DNA of 63,231 nt from a virus. Lineage: Duplodnaviria; Caudoviricetes. The notes under the pieces are model-generated. The model did no database searches. It saw nothing but the letters and a program-made list of their open reading frames with translations, and had not been told where the DNA came from. The stretch spans positions 1 to 63,231 of IMG/VR virus record IMGVR_UViG_3300018421_000024; one strand, written 5' to 3'. The position numbers and the translations under genes are program-made. Below, piece after piece: positions 46,379 to 55,031 of the stretch (position 1 is the first letter of the stretch; every line of letters starts with the position of its first letter).

Positions 46379-47598
46379 TGCCAACCTTTAATCACATCAG
46401 GACTGAAGTTCGCCTTAGAGAATTCCATGCGATCAACAATCTTGACAGCATTACCAATATGATCAATTGCAACAAACCCTTCTGGATTTGTTGTTCTGAA
46501 TCCGTCTCTTGTTCTCAAAAATGTATCGAGCGATGATGCTTGATTCATCTTATTAATAATCATTTGTTTTGCATCGACAAGTAAATTCATCAATGTGAAT
46601 AGATTCTGGAAGTCTCTTTGGTTATGATCAGAGAAAACCTTCATAACGTCCTTTCTCTTCTCTATCCAAGTATCTTTTGATTTCTGTGTTTTCTTAGTGT
46701 CTATTTCTTTCTGATAATAAGAATACATGTAATCAAATAAACCTTTCATGTGTGTACGCACATTTATTTTTCTTCCGGCGCGAACAAGCGTATTGTTGTA
46801 TGTCTTGGTGCGTAACAACAACTCATCATTCTCTTTGAATGCATTCAACAACGAGGCTGGTGTTTTTTGAAAGACAGCACCAGCATTTGATAACAGTGAG
46901 GTTATTTGAGCGGTCTCGGCTTTGGTGAACGTTGCGTTACCAGTTTCATCTCGGTATGTTGCATCTGTTTGCCATATTGTATTAGTTTGATTAAACGTAC
47001 TTGCTATGTTTTTACCGAAACTAGCAGACATAGATTCAAAATCACTACCAGTATAGACAGTGTGCCAGACAACACCAATTTTCGACCTGTTAATTCGTTT
47101 GCCGAGAGTAGAATTTGTAGGAACAGCATACACGATAGTATTAGGTTGGAAAGTATAATAAGATTGACCATCAATTGTCTCCGTTGATACATCACCTTTT
47201 GTAAACATCAGATCGCCTTGATAGACACCAGACTTGATGCCTAACTTGGAGAACTCTTCTAATGCAACCAATAATTTCTTTTGCAGGTCACCAGACGTAT
47301 CTGCCTTCACATCAGCAGGTGTCTTGTAGACTTTTGGATTTTTATTGAAGACACCTTTCTTCGCGACAAAGAATTTACCGTCTGAAGGGTCGATGCCTGC
47401 GAATACTGCGGGTGCGCCATCCCATTTTACTGTGCGGGAAACACGTGACTTTGAATTACCGGCAAGCATATCTCGCAAGTCACGAAGAAAGTCAATTGCC
47501 TGTCGAGCACCATCAACACCGTCATTGAGCACCAAATCCTCGATGTGCTCCATGTGTGTGTTCTTGGCTTCCATAATATACTGATTAAATGTTTGCAT
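46372..47598 (-). CDS. Conserved phage protein with ligase-like KxDG motif (DUF6267-like)
   Basis: KNTHMEHIED; VKWDGAPA; QGDLMF; EGFV; KIVDRMEFS..NF; start MQTFNQYIME coupled by TAATG. Confidence 0.8.
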   Translation of the reverse strand: MQTFNQYIMEAKNTHMEHIEDLVLNDGVDGARQAIDFLRDLRDMLAGNSKSRVSRTVKWDGAPAVFAGIDPSDGKFFVAKKGVFNKNPKVYKTPADVKADTSGDLQKKLLVALEEFSKLGIKSGVYQGDLMFTKGDVSTETIDGQSYYTFQPNTIVYAVPTNSTLGKRINRSKIGVVWHTVYTGSDFESMSASFGKNIASTFNQTNTIWQTDATYRDETGNATFTKAETAQITSLLSNAGAVFQKTPASLLNAFKENDELLLRTKTYNNTLVRAGRKINVRTHMKGLFDYMYSYYQKEIDTKKTQKSKDTWIEKRKDVMKVFSDHNQRDFQNLFTLMNLLVDAKQMIINKMNQASSLDTFLRTRDGFRTTNPEGFVAIDHIGNAVKIVDRMEFSKANFSPDVIKGWQK

Positions 47599-47930
47599 TA
47601 TTGGTGATAACTCCCCCATAGACAATGTGCCATTTCGTGACCTAGTGTATCCACGTTCTCATCGTCTACACCTTTTGGTTGTATGATGTATATATCACAC
47701 CAAAAAGAAGACGGTTCCCCATCCACACCTTCATTCCAATTTGCAAAACCATGCAATCTTTCACTAGAAGATATTTTAGTACCATACAATCTTTCCAATT
47801 CTACACGACTTTCAGCTGTGTATACTGTTACTTCAATTGGTTTGCCAACTCTGTCGATACTACCAGATAATTTATTATCAGTGTCGCAACCAGAGATAAT
47901 GAGTAAGAGTAGTAGACTTAAATATTTCAT
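47598..47930 (-). CDS. Putative lipoprotein with HExxH motif
   Basis: Lipobox ISGC; GHEMAHC. Confidence 0.7.
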   Translation of the reverse strand: MKYLSLLLLLIISGCDTDNKLSGSIDRVGKPIEVTVYTAESRVELERLYGTKISSSERLHGFANWNEGVDGEPSSFWCDIYIIQPKGVDDENVDTLGHEMAHCLWGSYHQ

Positions 47931-49090
47931 AAAAGTTCTTTGCCTGTAGCCGGTTTACTTTTATAATCACACATGATGTGAGACGGGTAAGTACCAGACT
48001 GTTTGTTTCTTATGTTTATCTTGAAGTCGTAATAACTATTGCTGAATACTATATCTATTCTTTTTCCATTGCCTTGTTTTCCGCCATACTGTATCTCAAC
48101 ACTACCTGTCACATTTGCAAATTGTGGGTTTAATCTACCTGACATCTCCCAGAAATATATTCTATTCCCTTCCATTCCGTGAACCATCCAGTAACCTGAA
48201 CCGATTGCCGACTGTAGAAATTTCTTCAGTTTCATCGCATCGATTTTTGCGTTTACAGTTGGGAATCTTTTACCAGTACCATATTCATTAAAAACATCGC
48301 AAAACATTTTTTCATCTAGGCCAAACGTTTTGATTATTGCCTTCCCCATCGGCGTTTTGATTTTTTTTGCTTTCATCTGATCAGCAGGAAATGCAGTGCC
48401 TACACCCGCGTTCATGAATGTCAGAGTACTACTAAACTTTAGAGAAAGATAACTGAGTTTTCCATTCGCGTGTTCTAATGTTATGTCAGTTAATTTTTCA
48501 CCGTGCTTACTGTGTTCTTTTGGTGATATATACAACTGGTCGCCAGCAGAAGCAATAGGTCTCTTCTGATTCAATGCACCCATCGGTATAACTTTAGTAG
48601 CGGGTGAACCAATTTTTTTAGAACAAGCGTCAATAATTTTTTTGGCCTGTGATGCATAGGGTCCAGTTGCTTTCTTACCGTTGAGTATCGTGACAAGGTC
48701 GGCTTCTAAATCTTTCTCAAACTTAATACCTTTGTTTTCTTTGTCGCCGCCGGGGGGTTGACCGCCGAACTCTTCAGATTTTATCAATGATGTGACAGGC
48801 AATGTTTGCGAATTTTGTTTGCCAACATATTTACCTGTTATCTGTAAAGTTTTTTGTCCTCTAGGCGCGTCCTTCAGATCAAGTATAGCATCACCTATTT
48901 CCTTGATCTGTTTTTTTGTTTTTGTGCCTTTGTATTCTTTCGAACCTACGGTAATTGTATGAGCAGTGAATAATCCATTGTCTGTAGCAAACTCGGATGA
49001 ACGATCCGATGAGAAAACTTTTTCAGCAAAAATATAAGCTCGTGCTTCTTTACCATCTCTAGTAAGTTCGGTTATGGTAAGATTTGCCAT
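47927..49090 (-). CDS. Hypothetical protein, possible PD-(D/E)XK nuclease fold
   Basis: NKGIKFE..; LTDITL...YLSLK; NIRNKQ.G.YP. Confidence 0.6.
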   Translation of the reverse strand: MANLTITELTRDGKEARAYIFAEKVFSSDRSSEFATDNGLFTAHTITVGSKEYKGTKTKKQIKEIGDAILDLKDAPRGQKTLQITGKYVGKQNSQTLPVTSLIKSEEFGGQPPGGDKENKGIKFEKDLEADLVTILNGKKATGPYASQAKKIIDACSKKIGSPATKVIPMGALNQKRPIASAGDQLYISPKEHSKHGEKLTDITLEHANGKLSYLSLKFSSTLTFMNAGVGTAFPADQMKAKKIKTPMGKAIIKTFGLDEKMFCDVFNEYGTGKRFPTVNAKIDAMKLKKFLQSAIGSGYWMVHGMEGNRIYFWEMSGRLNPQFANVTGSVEIQYGGKQGNGKRIDIVFSNSYYDFKINIRNKQSGTYPSHIMCDYKSKPATGKELL

Positions 49091-49121
49091 TGATTATACT
49101 CCAAGGTTTTTGGAGTATTTA

Positions 49122-49670
49122 TCACGCCGCTACATTGAACCAAGGAGGAATTTCGCGATTAGTCCATCGTGCAAAGTATGCTTTTGCTTCACAATAGTAG
49201 TTGCGATACGATGCAATAGAGTCACCTTCAACGATACACTGAGGGTATTGTTTCATCGCAGGAGGTGGTTCCGTAAACGGTCTGTCTTGAATATTAGACG
49301 GTGCTTCACTCAGTATATGTCCGAGTTTACGCCAACACTCATGTTCTTTACCGTAACGATGTGTGTACTCTTGTGCTAAATGTCGCCACATATCGTGCAA
49401 CCACATATAGTTAGCATACGACTCGCGAGTCCAGACGGCAGAAGGATGATTGACATGACAGGCCTTGTAAACAACATCATCATGTTCATCAAGACGATAT
49501 CGAACTATTTTACGACCTGCTTTGGTGCGATCTAGATATTGGGCACCGTCAATCACACGATGCGCGGTAGATAACAACTGTGCGTACTCTATGCACATCT
49601 TCACCACGTGTTTATCGCAGTGAAGCATGGCACAGTGTTTAGTGTTTTTGCTCAGATAAAAAACATTCAT
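49122..49670 (-). CDS. Pyrimidine-dimer glycosylase (DenV)-related protein
   Basis: MNVFYL...HCDKHVVKM..EYAQLLSTAH; H.NHPS..W; EYTHRYGK.H; YRNYY. Confidence 0.8.
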   Translation of the reverse strand: MNVFYLSKNTKHCAMLHCDKHVVKMCIEYAQLLSTAHRVIDGAQYLDRTKAGRKIVRYRLDEHDDVVYKACHVNHPSAVWTRESYANYMWLHDMWRHLAQEYTHRYGKEHECWRKLGHILSEAPSNIQDRPFTEPPPAMKQYPQCIVEGDSIASYRNYYCEAKAYFARWTNREIPPWFNVAA

Positions 49671-49766
49671 AATAAAATTTCTAATAATATTGAAAACAAT
49701 TTTTTGATTACTAATGGTATCAGGACTATAGTTCCTATTACCATAGAAAACATCAATACTATGTAT

Positions 49767-49795
49767 AGTATACCAATAAATTCAATCATTGTCAA
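49767..49795 (-). promoter_or_regulatory. sigma70-type promoter
   Basis: TTGACA-17-TATACT. Confidence 0.7.
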
Positions 49796-49801
49796 ATAAC
49801 C

Positions 49802-50119
49802 TTAACAGTCTCCTGATCTGCCGCACCAATATCTTCTGTTGTCGCGTTGCTCTTGGTCAAGCGCTCTATTCAATCTTCGATCAGACGCTCTTTGCCTGAT
49901 TCTCTGTTTGAGGCCTCTTACATAAGGACTATCACCTTCTATACGATGGTGTTCATAATGATGATGATCATATTTTGCGGTGATTACACCTGGATGATGA
50001 TCGTGATGTAAACAATCATCCCACGGTAGATTATCAGGTACTTCAAAAGAAGAACAACCAACAGAGAACATCGAAAGTAATAAAATAACAATTAATTTTT
50101 TCATAAGAAATATCACCAT
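49802..50119 (-). CDS. Putative His-rich lipoprotein
   Basis: MKK signal peptide, lipobox SVGC, HHDHH and HHHYEHH. Confidence 0.6.
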   Translation of the reverse strand: MVIFLMKKLIVILLLSMFSVGCSSFEVPDNLPWDDCLHHDHHPGVITAKYDHHHYEHHRIEGDSPYVRGLKQRIRQRASDRRLNRALDQEQRDNRRYWCGRSGDC

Positions 50120-50308
50120 TTACTCAGTAATTTTTAGAAGTATAATATCGCCTTTTTTGTTTATCCAACAACATCCTTTATAGAGAAGTTCAACAGATGT
50201 AAAAAATAAATCCCAAATGAGACACGGCACACAAAGAACTACTAACAACAATATATTCTTCAAACCCATCTCATCTATCAAAGAACCAATTTTTTTTATT
50301 CTAAACAT
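50120..50308 (-). CDS. Small membrane protein
   Basis: Hydrophobic core; start probably MFRIKK. Confidence 0.5.
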   Translation of the reverse strand: MFRIKKIGSLIDEMGLKNILLLVVLCVPCLIWDLFFTSVELLYKGCCWINKKGDIILLKITE

Positions 50309-50537
50309 TTTCAATTTCCTCTTGTTCTTGGACGAAATCAAACAACATTTTTTCATCAATTAAATTTTCATCATTCAACTTTTCAATTGTCATCATCATG
50401 AAAGCCAATTTTTTCGTTAGACTGTTTCTGTCCCACTGGTTCGGTTCTGTTTTCTTACGTGATATCTTTGAACACAACTCTATGATTGAACCGCAGTCTT
50501 GTATCATTTTCATTAAAACTTCTTCACGATCATTCAT
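50301..50537 (-). CDS. Hypothetical protein
   Basis: 78-aa ORF packed in operon; weak MazG-like helix pattern. Confidence 0.55.
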   Translation of the reverse strand: MNDREEVLMKMIQDCGSIIELCSKISRKKTEPNQWDRNSLTKKLAFMMMTIEKLNDENLIDEKMLFDFVQEQEEIENV

Positions 50538-50539
50538 AA

Positions 50540-51220
50540 TTACTTACTTCGTTCGGCGTTAATCCATTTTTGTGCAAGTGAGTTCTTAGGTGTTTTCTTA
50601 GACCAAGCACTGATCTTTCGATAGGCTGATTGTGTTGCGCCTTCCCAGTTTGAACCTTCACTGTTGTCAACGATGATCATGTTACCTTTGAAGGTGTTCT
50701 GGAATTTACCAATGTTCTGTTGAACCTCGTTCCACATCTCTGTTACTTTCTTTTCGCCGACTGTACGCGCTCGTAACTTGTCGCGAGCAATTGCTGTCTT
50801 CAGATCGGTGTTGACAAAAATCATGGCAGTCTCGTAACCAAGATTCTCAAAATCTTTTCTCTGCTTATCAATTTTGGCATAGTCTTTACCAGTACCGTCA
50901 ATCACAATACCGAGTCGGCCTTTCAAGTAAGCGCCGAGTCTTTTACCAGTTAGTGTTTTGGACTTGTCTCTGATTGCTTGACCTTGCGCTGACCAAATAT
51001 CTTCTGGATCGGTAGTCAGACCAGCTTTCTGTAACTGTACCTCATAGATATCGTCAGAGTTTACAGTCTTAAAACCGAGAGCGGTCAGTGCTGTCTTGCC
51101 TACGATGAAGGATTTTCCAGAACCGGGGCCGCCTGCTAGAAAGACAGCCTTGAAGATAGCGGGATCATTCACACCTTCTTCAAGGTTTGTGAATGTATCA
51201 AAATCGAAAATACGTGACAT
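50540..51220 (-). CDS. P-loop kinase (AAA_33/zeta-toxin-like)
   Basis: FLAGGPGSGKS; VNSDD; IDGTG; R..R.R.V lid. Confidence 0.85.
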   Translation of the reverse strand: MSRIFDFDTFTNLEEGVNDPAIFKAVFLAGGPGSGKSFIVGKTALTALGFKTVNSDDIYEVQLQKAGLTTDPEDIWSAQGQAIRDKSKTLTGKRLGAYLKGRLGIVIDGTGKDYAKIDKQRKDFENLGYETAMIFVNTDLKTAIARDKLRARTVGEKKVTEMWNEVQQNIGKFQNTFKGNMIIVDNSEGSNWEGATQSAYRKISAWSKKTPKNSLAQKWINAERSK

Positions 51221-51242
51221 TGGTTTCTCCGGGTGAGTTCAT

Positions 51243-51704
51243 TTATAGAATATTTATATCAACACCGCTTTCTTTGAGAAAATTCAAGCCGCAACCTTTG
51301 CTTGCCTTGTACTCGTTTTTGACGTACACGTTTTTAATACCGCTTTGATATATCAACTTCGCACACTCAATGCAAGGTGTGTGAGTACAAAACAATGATG
51401 CGCCTTCGCAACTCTCTGGACTTCGTGCAACTTTAGCAATCGCGTTTGTCTCAGCATGTAGAACTTCTGGTTTGGTTTTGTATGTACCATAAATGTGTTT
51501 GTCTAATGCATTCACCTCAAAATTAACATTTGAATGCCATGTTTCACACTCATTAGACCAACCAGACGGCATACCATTGTAACCAATGGAAATAATACGA
51601 TTATCTTTTACAATAATCGCACCAACTTTTAGTTTCTGTGCAGTACTACACTCAGCCCATACCTCAGCGGTACGCATGAATGCTTCTACGTGTTTACTTT
51701 TCAT
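51243..51704 (-). CDS. cd: dCMP deaminase
   Basis: VGAIIV; GYNG; HAETNAI; PCIEC; start at MKSKH. Confidence 0.93.
   Translation of the reverse strand: MKSKHVEAFMRTAEVWAECSTAQKLKVGAIIVKDNRIISIGYNGMPSGWSNECETWHSNVNFEVNALDKHIYGTYKTKPEVLHAETNAIAKVARSPESCEGASLFCTHTPCIECAKLIYQSGIKNVYVKNEYKASKGCGLNFLKESGVDINIL
51251..51258 (-). promoter_or_regulatory. Late promoter TATAAATA for kinase
   Basis: Exact consensus 30 nt upstream of kinase ATG. Confidence 0.7.
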
Positions 51705-51934
51705 CGACCATTTCCTACATATATCCACATATATGCACCTGCACCGATGTAGTCTCCACGGACATATCCCGCCATTTCCATGGCGTCATCCGTGTCTATA
51801 CCTTTCTTCTCTGCCCACTTCATGATGTAGTATGAACGCAATTTCTCAGGCATAACGTCCGCGAACTTTTCAACAATCTTCGGGTTTGCTGTTGTCATAC
51901 TGACTCCTTCAACTATACAATCCTTTTCACTCAA
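51701..51934 (-). CDS. Hypothetical protein
   Basis: Overlapping small ORF in early cluster. Confidence 0.55.
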   Translation of the reverse strand: MSEKDCIVEGVSMTTANPKIVEKFADVMPEKLRSYYIMKWAEKKGIDTDDAMEMAGYVRGDYIGAGAYMWIYVGNGR

Positions 51935-52217
51935 CCTCTACAACAAACGCACTTGTATCTTGACCAGTACGAACGGATCTGATTTTAGTAACCGTCTGTC
52001 CGAACAGTTTTGATCCTAGTTCAACGTAAGGGCCGCCACTTGGATCAAACATACCAAGATCGTTCTCATCAATTCCGCTCTGACCCTCTTTACCTCCCAT
52101 GCGGCAGTACATCATAGAATCTCCAGTCATATAAAACTGAAATACATTCTCAGAGATTTCTTTCCAATAATATTCATCGCCGTAACGATTCTTTACGGGT
52201 TCACTCTGTCTCATCAT
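51927..52217 (-). CDS. Hypothetical protein
   Basis: KNRYGDEY...FDPSGGPY motif; start MMRQS after GGGAG. Confidence 0.65.
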   Translation of the reverse strand: MMRQSEPVKNRYGDEYYWKEISENVFQFYMTGDSMMYCRMGGKEGQSGIDENDLGMFDPSGGPYVELGSKLFGQTVTKIRSVRTGQDTSAFVVEVE

Positions 52218-52395
52218 AATCTCCCATCTCTTGGCCCATGGCCCATTCTTGTTTGTGCGGTTCACACGCTTCACAGAAATGAAACTTATCTTCGTGGTCA
52301 AATCCATAATCAATGATGATACTACAACGATTACATAGTAATGCACCGTTGCCGCCATTAAAGCGCACATCCGCACGTTGATAGTGTACCATCAC
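52201..52395 (-). CDS. Small Zn-binding hypothetical protein
   Basis: FNGGNGALLCNRC; CEAC. Confidence 0.65.
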   Translation of the reverse strand: MMVHYQRADVRFNGGNGALLCNRCSIIIDYGFDHEDKFHFCEACEPHKQEWAMGQEMGDYDETE

Positions 52396-52590
52396 TCAAA
52401 CCTCACCGTTCCACATTGCTTCCATTTCTGCTCTATCTAAATTATACCCAATCGCACACATAAAGTCAACCCACTTTAGGAACATCTCTTTCACGTTCAT
52501 CTCAGTGGAATCAAAATCGAATGTCACTTTACCGTGATTGGTCTCATACGTCCATGTCACTTTGCTTGTATAATCATCCTCAATCAACAT
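52396..52590 (-). CDS. Hypothetical protein
   Basis: F...GY C-terminal pattern; packed ORF. Confidence 0.6.
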   Translation of the reverse strand: MLIEDDYTSKVTWTYETNHGKVTFDFDSTEMNVKEMFLKWVDFMCAIGYNLDRAEMEAMWNGEV

Positions 52591-52819
52591 AAACACTCAC
52601 TTCAAAAAGATTTCCACGAAGGCAATTGACAGTACCGCCAAAATGACCTGGATGTTTGACACCGTTTTTAATCTCTATCCATTCATCAAAAGATAAATTA
52701 CCATGTCTGTCAACCGCGGTGATAATGCGTTGAGACGGCCAAGAAGTTTCCGCATCGGTCAAATAAACATGGTAAGTGTGAGTCGCGGTTCCTCGGTGAA
52801 CAAGGCCTTCAATCTTCAT
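52580..52819 (-). CDS. Hypothetical protein
   Basis: ATGA-coupled; HFGG.V...EVSVYVD. Confidence 0.6.
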   Translation of the reverse strand: MKIEGLVHRGTATHTYHVYLTDAETSWPSQRIITAVDRHGNLSFDEWIEIKNGVKHPGHFGGTVNCLRGNLFEVSVYVD

Positions 52820-53070
52820 AAGTCAGTTTCCTCAATATAGGGGTAGCAAGTCATGGCAGATTGCTTTTCATTCCATTCATATAGTATTTCTTCGAAAATC
52901 GCAGCAGCTGCTTCCAGACCACAGAGATATCCTTCGTCATATCCTACTAATTCTTTATCCCTATTTACAGAAGTGTTACGAGATGCCGCGACATTAGATT
53001 TATATTTATCGTATATCGCCTTCGCTAGACGATCATCCAGTTTAAGCAATAGATCAGTTACAGTTATCAT
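52816..53070 (-). CDS. Hypothetical protein
   Basis: ATGA-coupled, SD GGAGG. Confidence 0.6.
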   Translation of the reverse strand: MITVTDLLLKLDDRLAKAIYDKYKSNVAASRNTSVNRDKELVGYDEGYLCGLEAAAAIFEEILYEWNEKQSAMTCYPYIEETDL

Positions 53071-53345
53071 AACAATTCCTCTAATTGTCGAACATAATTT
53101 TTTAGTTCATCGTTGTTAACGTAACCGATTACATCGTCATCGGCCGCCCTCTCAGGGAAAAAATCTCCAGTGACAAACTCATCATCGTTATTCAACACGG
53201 CAATTTCCCAGAGATTCTTATCACCACCATATGATGCCCAAAACTTGACTGCACTCAACTGATAACCGTTGCTGAATACATAACGCCGATGGACACCGTT
53301 CTCGTCAACGGGATGAATATCCTCTACCATTTTCAATAAAGACAT
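53067..53345 (-). CDS. Hypothetical protein
   Basis: FSNGY..S.V...SYGG...LWEIAVL..DDVIGY motif. Confidence 0.75.
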   Translation of the reverse strand: MSLLKMVEDIHPVDENGVHRRYVFSNGYQLSAVKFWASYGGDKNLWEIAVLNNDDEFVTGDFFPERAADDDVIGYVNNDELKNYVRQLEELL

Positions 53346-53355
53346 TCAAGTCTCC

Positions 53356-53583
53356 TTATTGGCCGAACTGGCCAGTCACGATTCCTTCGAACTGATCAGC
53401 AAGATCGTTGAATGTCTCGTACCACTCATTCGGTACAGACATTCCTGCTTCACCAGCATCCAGGTGAATATCAGCATCAACAAAATTCCAGTTGATTTCA
53501 CCATCTTCGAAATTTTCAGGATTTTTAACTGCATTCCAGAAACTGGTTTTGAGTTCAGAAATTTTTGCTACATTGGTGCTCAT
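53356..53583 (-). CDS. Hypothetical protein
   Basis: NPEN...INWNFVDAD motif; TAATG-coupled. Confidence 0.75.
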   Translation of the reverse strand: MSTNVAKISELKTSFWNAVKNPENFEDGEINWNFVDADIHLDAGEAGMSVPNEWYETFNDLADQFEGIVTGQFGQ

Positions 53584-53822
53584 TACGCTGCCTCCATAAC
53601 GCGGGTTATATATTGATGGTCAACAATGACCGTTTCGCCTGCCTCGCGACTGACAACAACTTTGCCAGTGGAGCCTTTCCACTGAAATCCCTCATCGAGA
53701 CACACATGGTGACATACTCCACCACCGTAACAAACACGGCTGTGGGTGACAAGACCAGCGACAGGGACATCGCCACTAAGATAGAGTCCTTCGACTCGCA
53801 GACCTTCCAAATTCCAACCCAT
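53583..53822 (-). CDS. Hypothetical protein
   Basis: MGWNLEG..V.G.Y...V.G.V..SRV.YGG...H; SD GAGG. Confidence 0.7.
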   Translation of the reverse strand: MGWNLEGLRVEGLYLSGDVPVAGLVTHSRVCYGGGVCHHVCLDEGFQWKGSTGKVVVSREAGETVIVDHQYITRVMEAA

Positions 53823-53833
53823 ATCAAAACACC

Positions 53834-54007
53834 TCACTTTAAAATCATACCAAAGAGTCGCGCAGGAATCACGATAGACTCATTACAAGTATCACAACAT
53901 CGACCGTCTTCGACTACAGGATCGGCACTATTGCCTTCTGCCCAAACTACATTACCATTGTTATCTTTCAACGGTTCAATCTTACCATAACAAATATCAC
54001 ACAACAT
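53834..54007 (-). CDS. Small zinc-finger protein
   Basis: Not in ORF track; MLCDIC...GRCCDTCN..VIPAR (57 aa), TAATG-coupled. Confidence 0.7.
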   Translation of the reverse strand: MLCDICYGKIEPLKDNNGNVVWAEGNSADPVVEDGRCCDTCNESIVIPARLFGMILK

Positions 54008-54378
54008 TACACAGTCTCCTTGATATCAACAGCAGTCCAACCTTCAGGGTCGCACATAAAATAAACATTAGTATCGTGACAAAACGCAATGTCACCAACA
54101 CTCATGGAATGCATACGGTCAACACGGACAATCTTGTCTTGGTCACCGTAACCATTACCAACATGAAACACCTCTTCCAAACCACTCGCTTCGACATTCG
54201 CGACATTACGGTAGTATTCGAACATCCAAGACTCAAAGCCTTCAGAACCACCATGAAAAGCAACGTCACGCTGAATAGCGAGTTCAGGATAGTCACCGAA
54301 GTCGCCATCCCAACCAACAGAGTTCAGGTGGTCAATCGCATCGCGGGAAGCGCGGAATTGAAGAATTGAAAAACGCAT
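54007..54378 (-). CDS. Hypothetical protein (YodL-like motif)
   Basis: LEEVF..GN; HSMSVGD; first gene after CRP-box promoter copy 2. Confidence 0.7.
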   Translation of the reverse strand: MRFSILQFRASRDAIDHLNSVGWDGDFGDYPELAIQRDVAFHGGSEGFESWMFEYYRNVANVEASGLEEVFHVGNGYGDQDKIVRVDRMHSMSVGDIAFCHDTNVYFMCDPEGWTAVDIKETV

Positions 54379-54408
54379 AACTAAAACCTCTCAACAAATT
54401 ACGGTAGT

Positions 54409-54451
54409 ATTATATCAAAACCAGAGTCGATTGTCTGTGAACCAGTTCACA
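54409..54451 (-). promoter_or_regulatory. Promoter with extended -10 and CRP-type box (copy 2)
   Basis: TGTGA-N6-TCACA 54436-54451, 21 nt gap, TGnTATAAT 54409-54414. Confidence 0.75.
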
Positions 54452-54575
54452 CTTCCTCATGTAAATATTCACAATCCTCTGTGATCTCGCTCATTGGTAG
54501 GTCAACACTGTCAACCAGTCGCTCAATGATCTTGATCAGTTCATCGGAATCGATCAATTTTAACTCTTTTTCCAT
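54447..54575 (-). CDS. Small acidic early protein
   Basis: Not in ORF track; MEKELKLIDSDELIKIIERL...EEV (42 aa), SD GGGAG, first ORF behind promoter. Confidence 0.55.
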   Translation of the reverse strand: MEKELKLIDSDELIKIIERLVDSVDLPMSEITEDCEYLHEEV

Positions 54576-54600
54576 ATCATTTCTCCCAATCACAGTATGG

Positions 54601-54765
54601 ATTATACAGGAGTTGGTGGTGGTGTCAAGTCGTAAGCTATTGATTTTATTGAAGTTTTTTTAGGCGGGTAAGCTCTTGATTTCCAAGAGCTTTTTTTCGA
54701 AGTTTTTTAACTTTTTTCATGAAATTTTTCGATCATTTCTCTATTTTTGATCGGAAAAATCGATA
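54601..54765 (-). promoter_or_regulatory. Early promoter cassette (copy 2)
   Basis: TTGACA-16-TATAAT; two GTAAGCTnTTGATTT boxes; shares a 24-nt exact block with the 23.7 kb copy. Confidence 0.75.
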
Positions 54766-55031
54766 TCATGTACATATAATTGAATCAGAGCGTAGTGGAG
54801 TATCTTCATCAGGTCTTTCCGTGCGTCTTCCGAGGTGCCCTTCCGACCATATCGTTTCGCATACTTGATCACGTTTCCTAGACAGAAACCTGTACCGTGA
54901 CCACTATCGATGATGATATCAGTAGCCTGATACTTCTCAGTTGCATAGTGTTGGTCATATGTCGAGTCAACGTATTGTTGCAACTCTTGCAACAATTTTT
55001 CTTCATTAAATTTATATTCAATCTTACTCAT
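54741..55031 (-). CDS. DUF3310-like conserved protein
   Basis: YVDSTY.QHY; GFCLGNVIKYAKRYG.K; DL.K..HY; start MSKIEY. Confidence 0.8.
   Translation of the reverse strand: MSKIEYKFNEEKLLQELQQYVDSTYDQHYATEKYQATDIIIDSGHGTGFCLGNVIKYAKRYGRKGTSEDARKDLMKILHYALIQLYVHDIDFSDQK

Noticed and set aside
49667-49789. 40-aa hydrophobic ORF MIEFIGILY...
   Set aside because: Its start lies inside a good TTGACA-17-TATACT promoter and lacks an SD; hydrophobicity may reflect AT richness; not fully excluded
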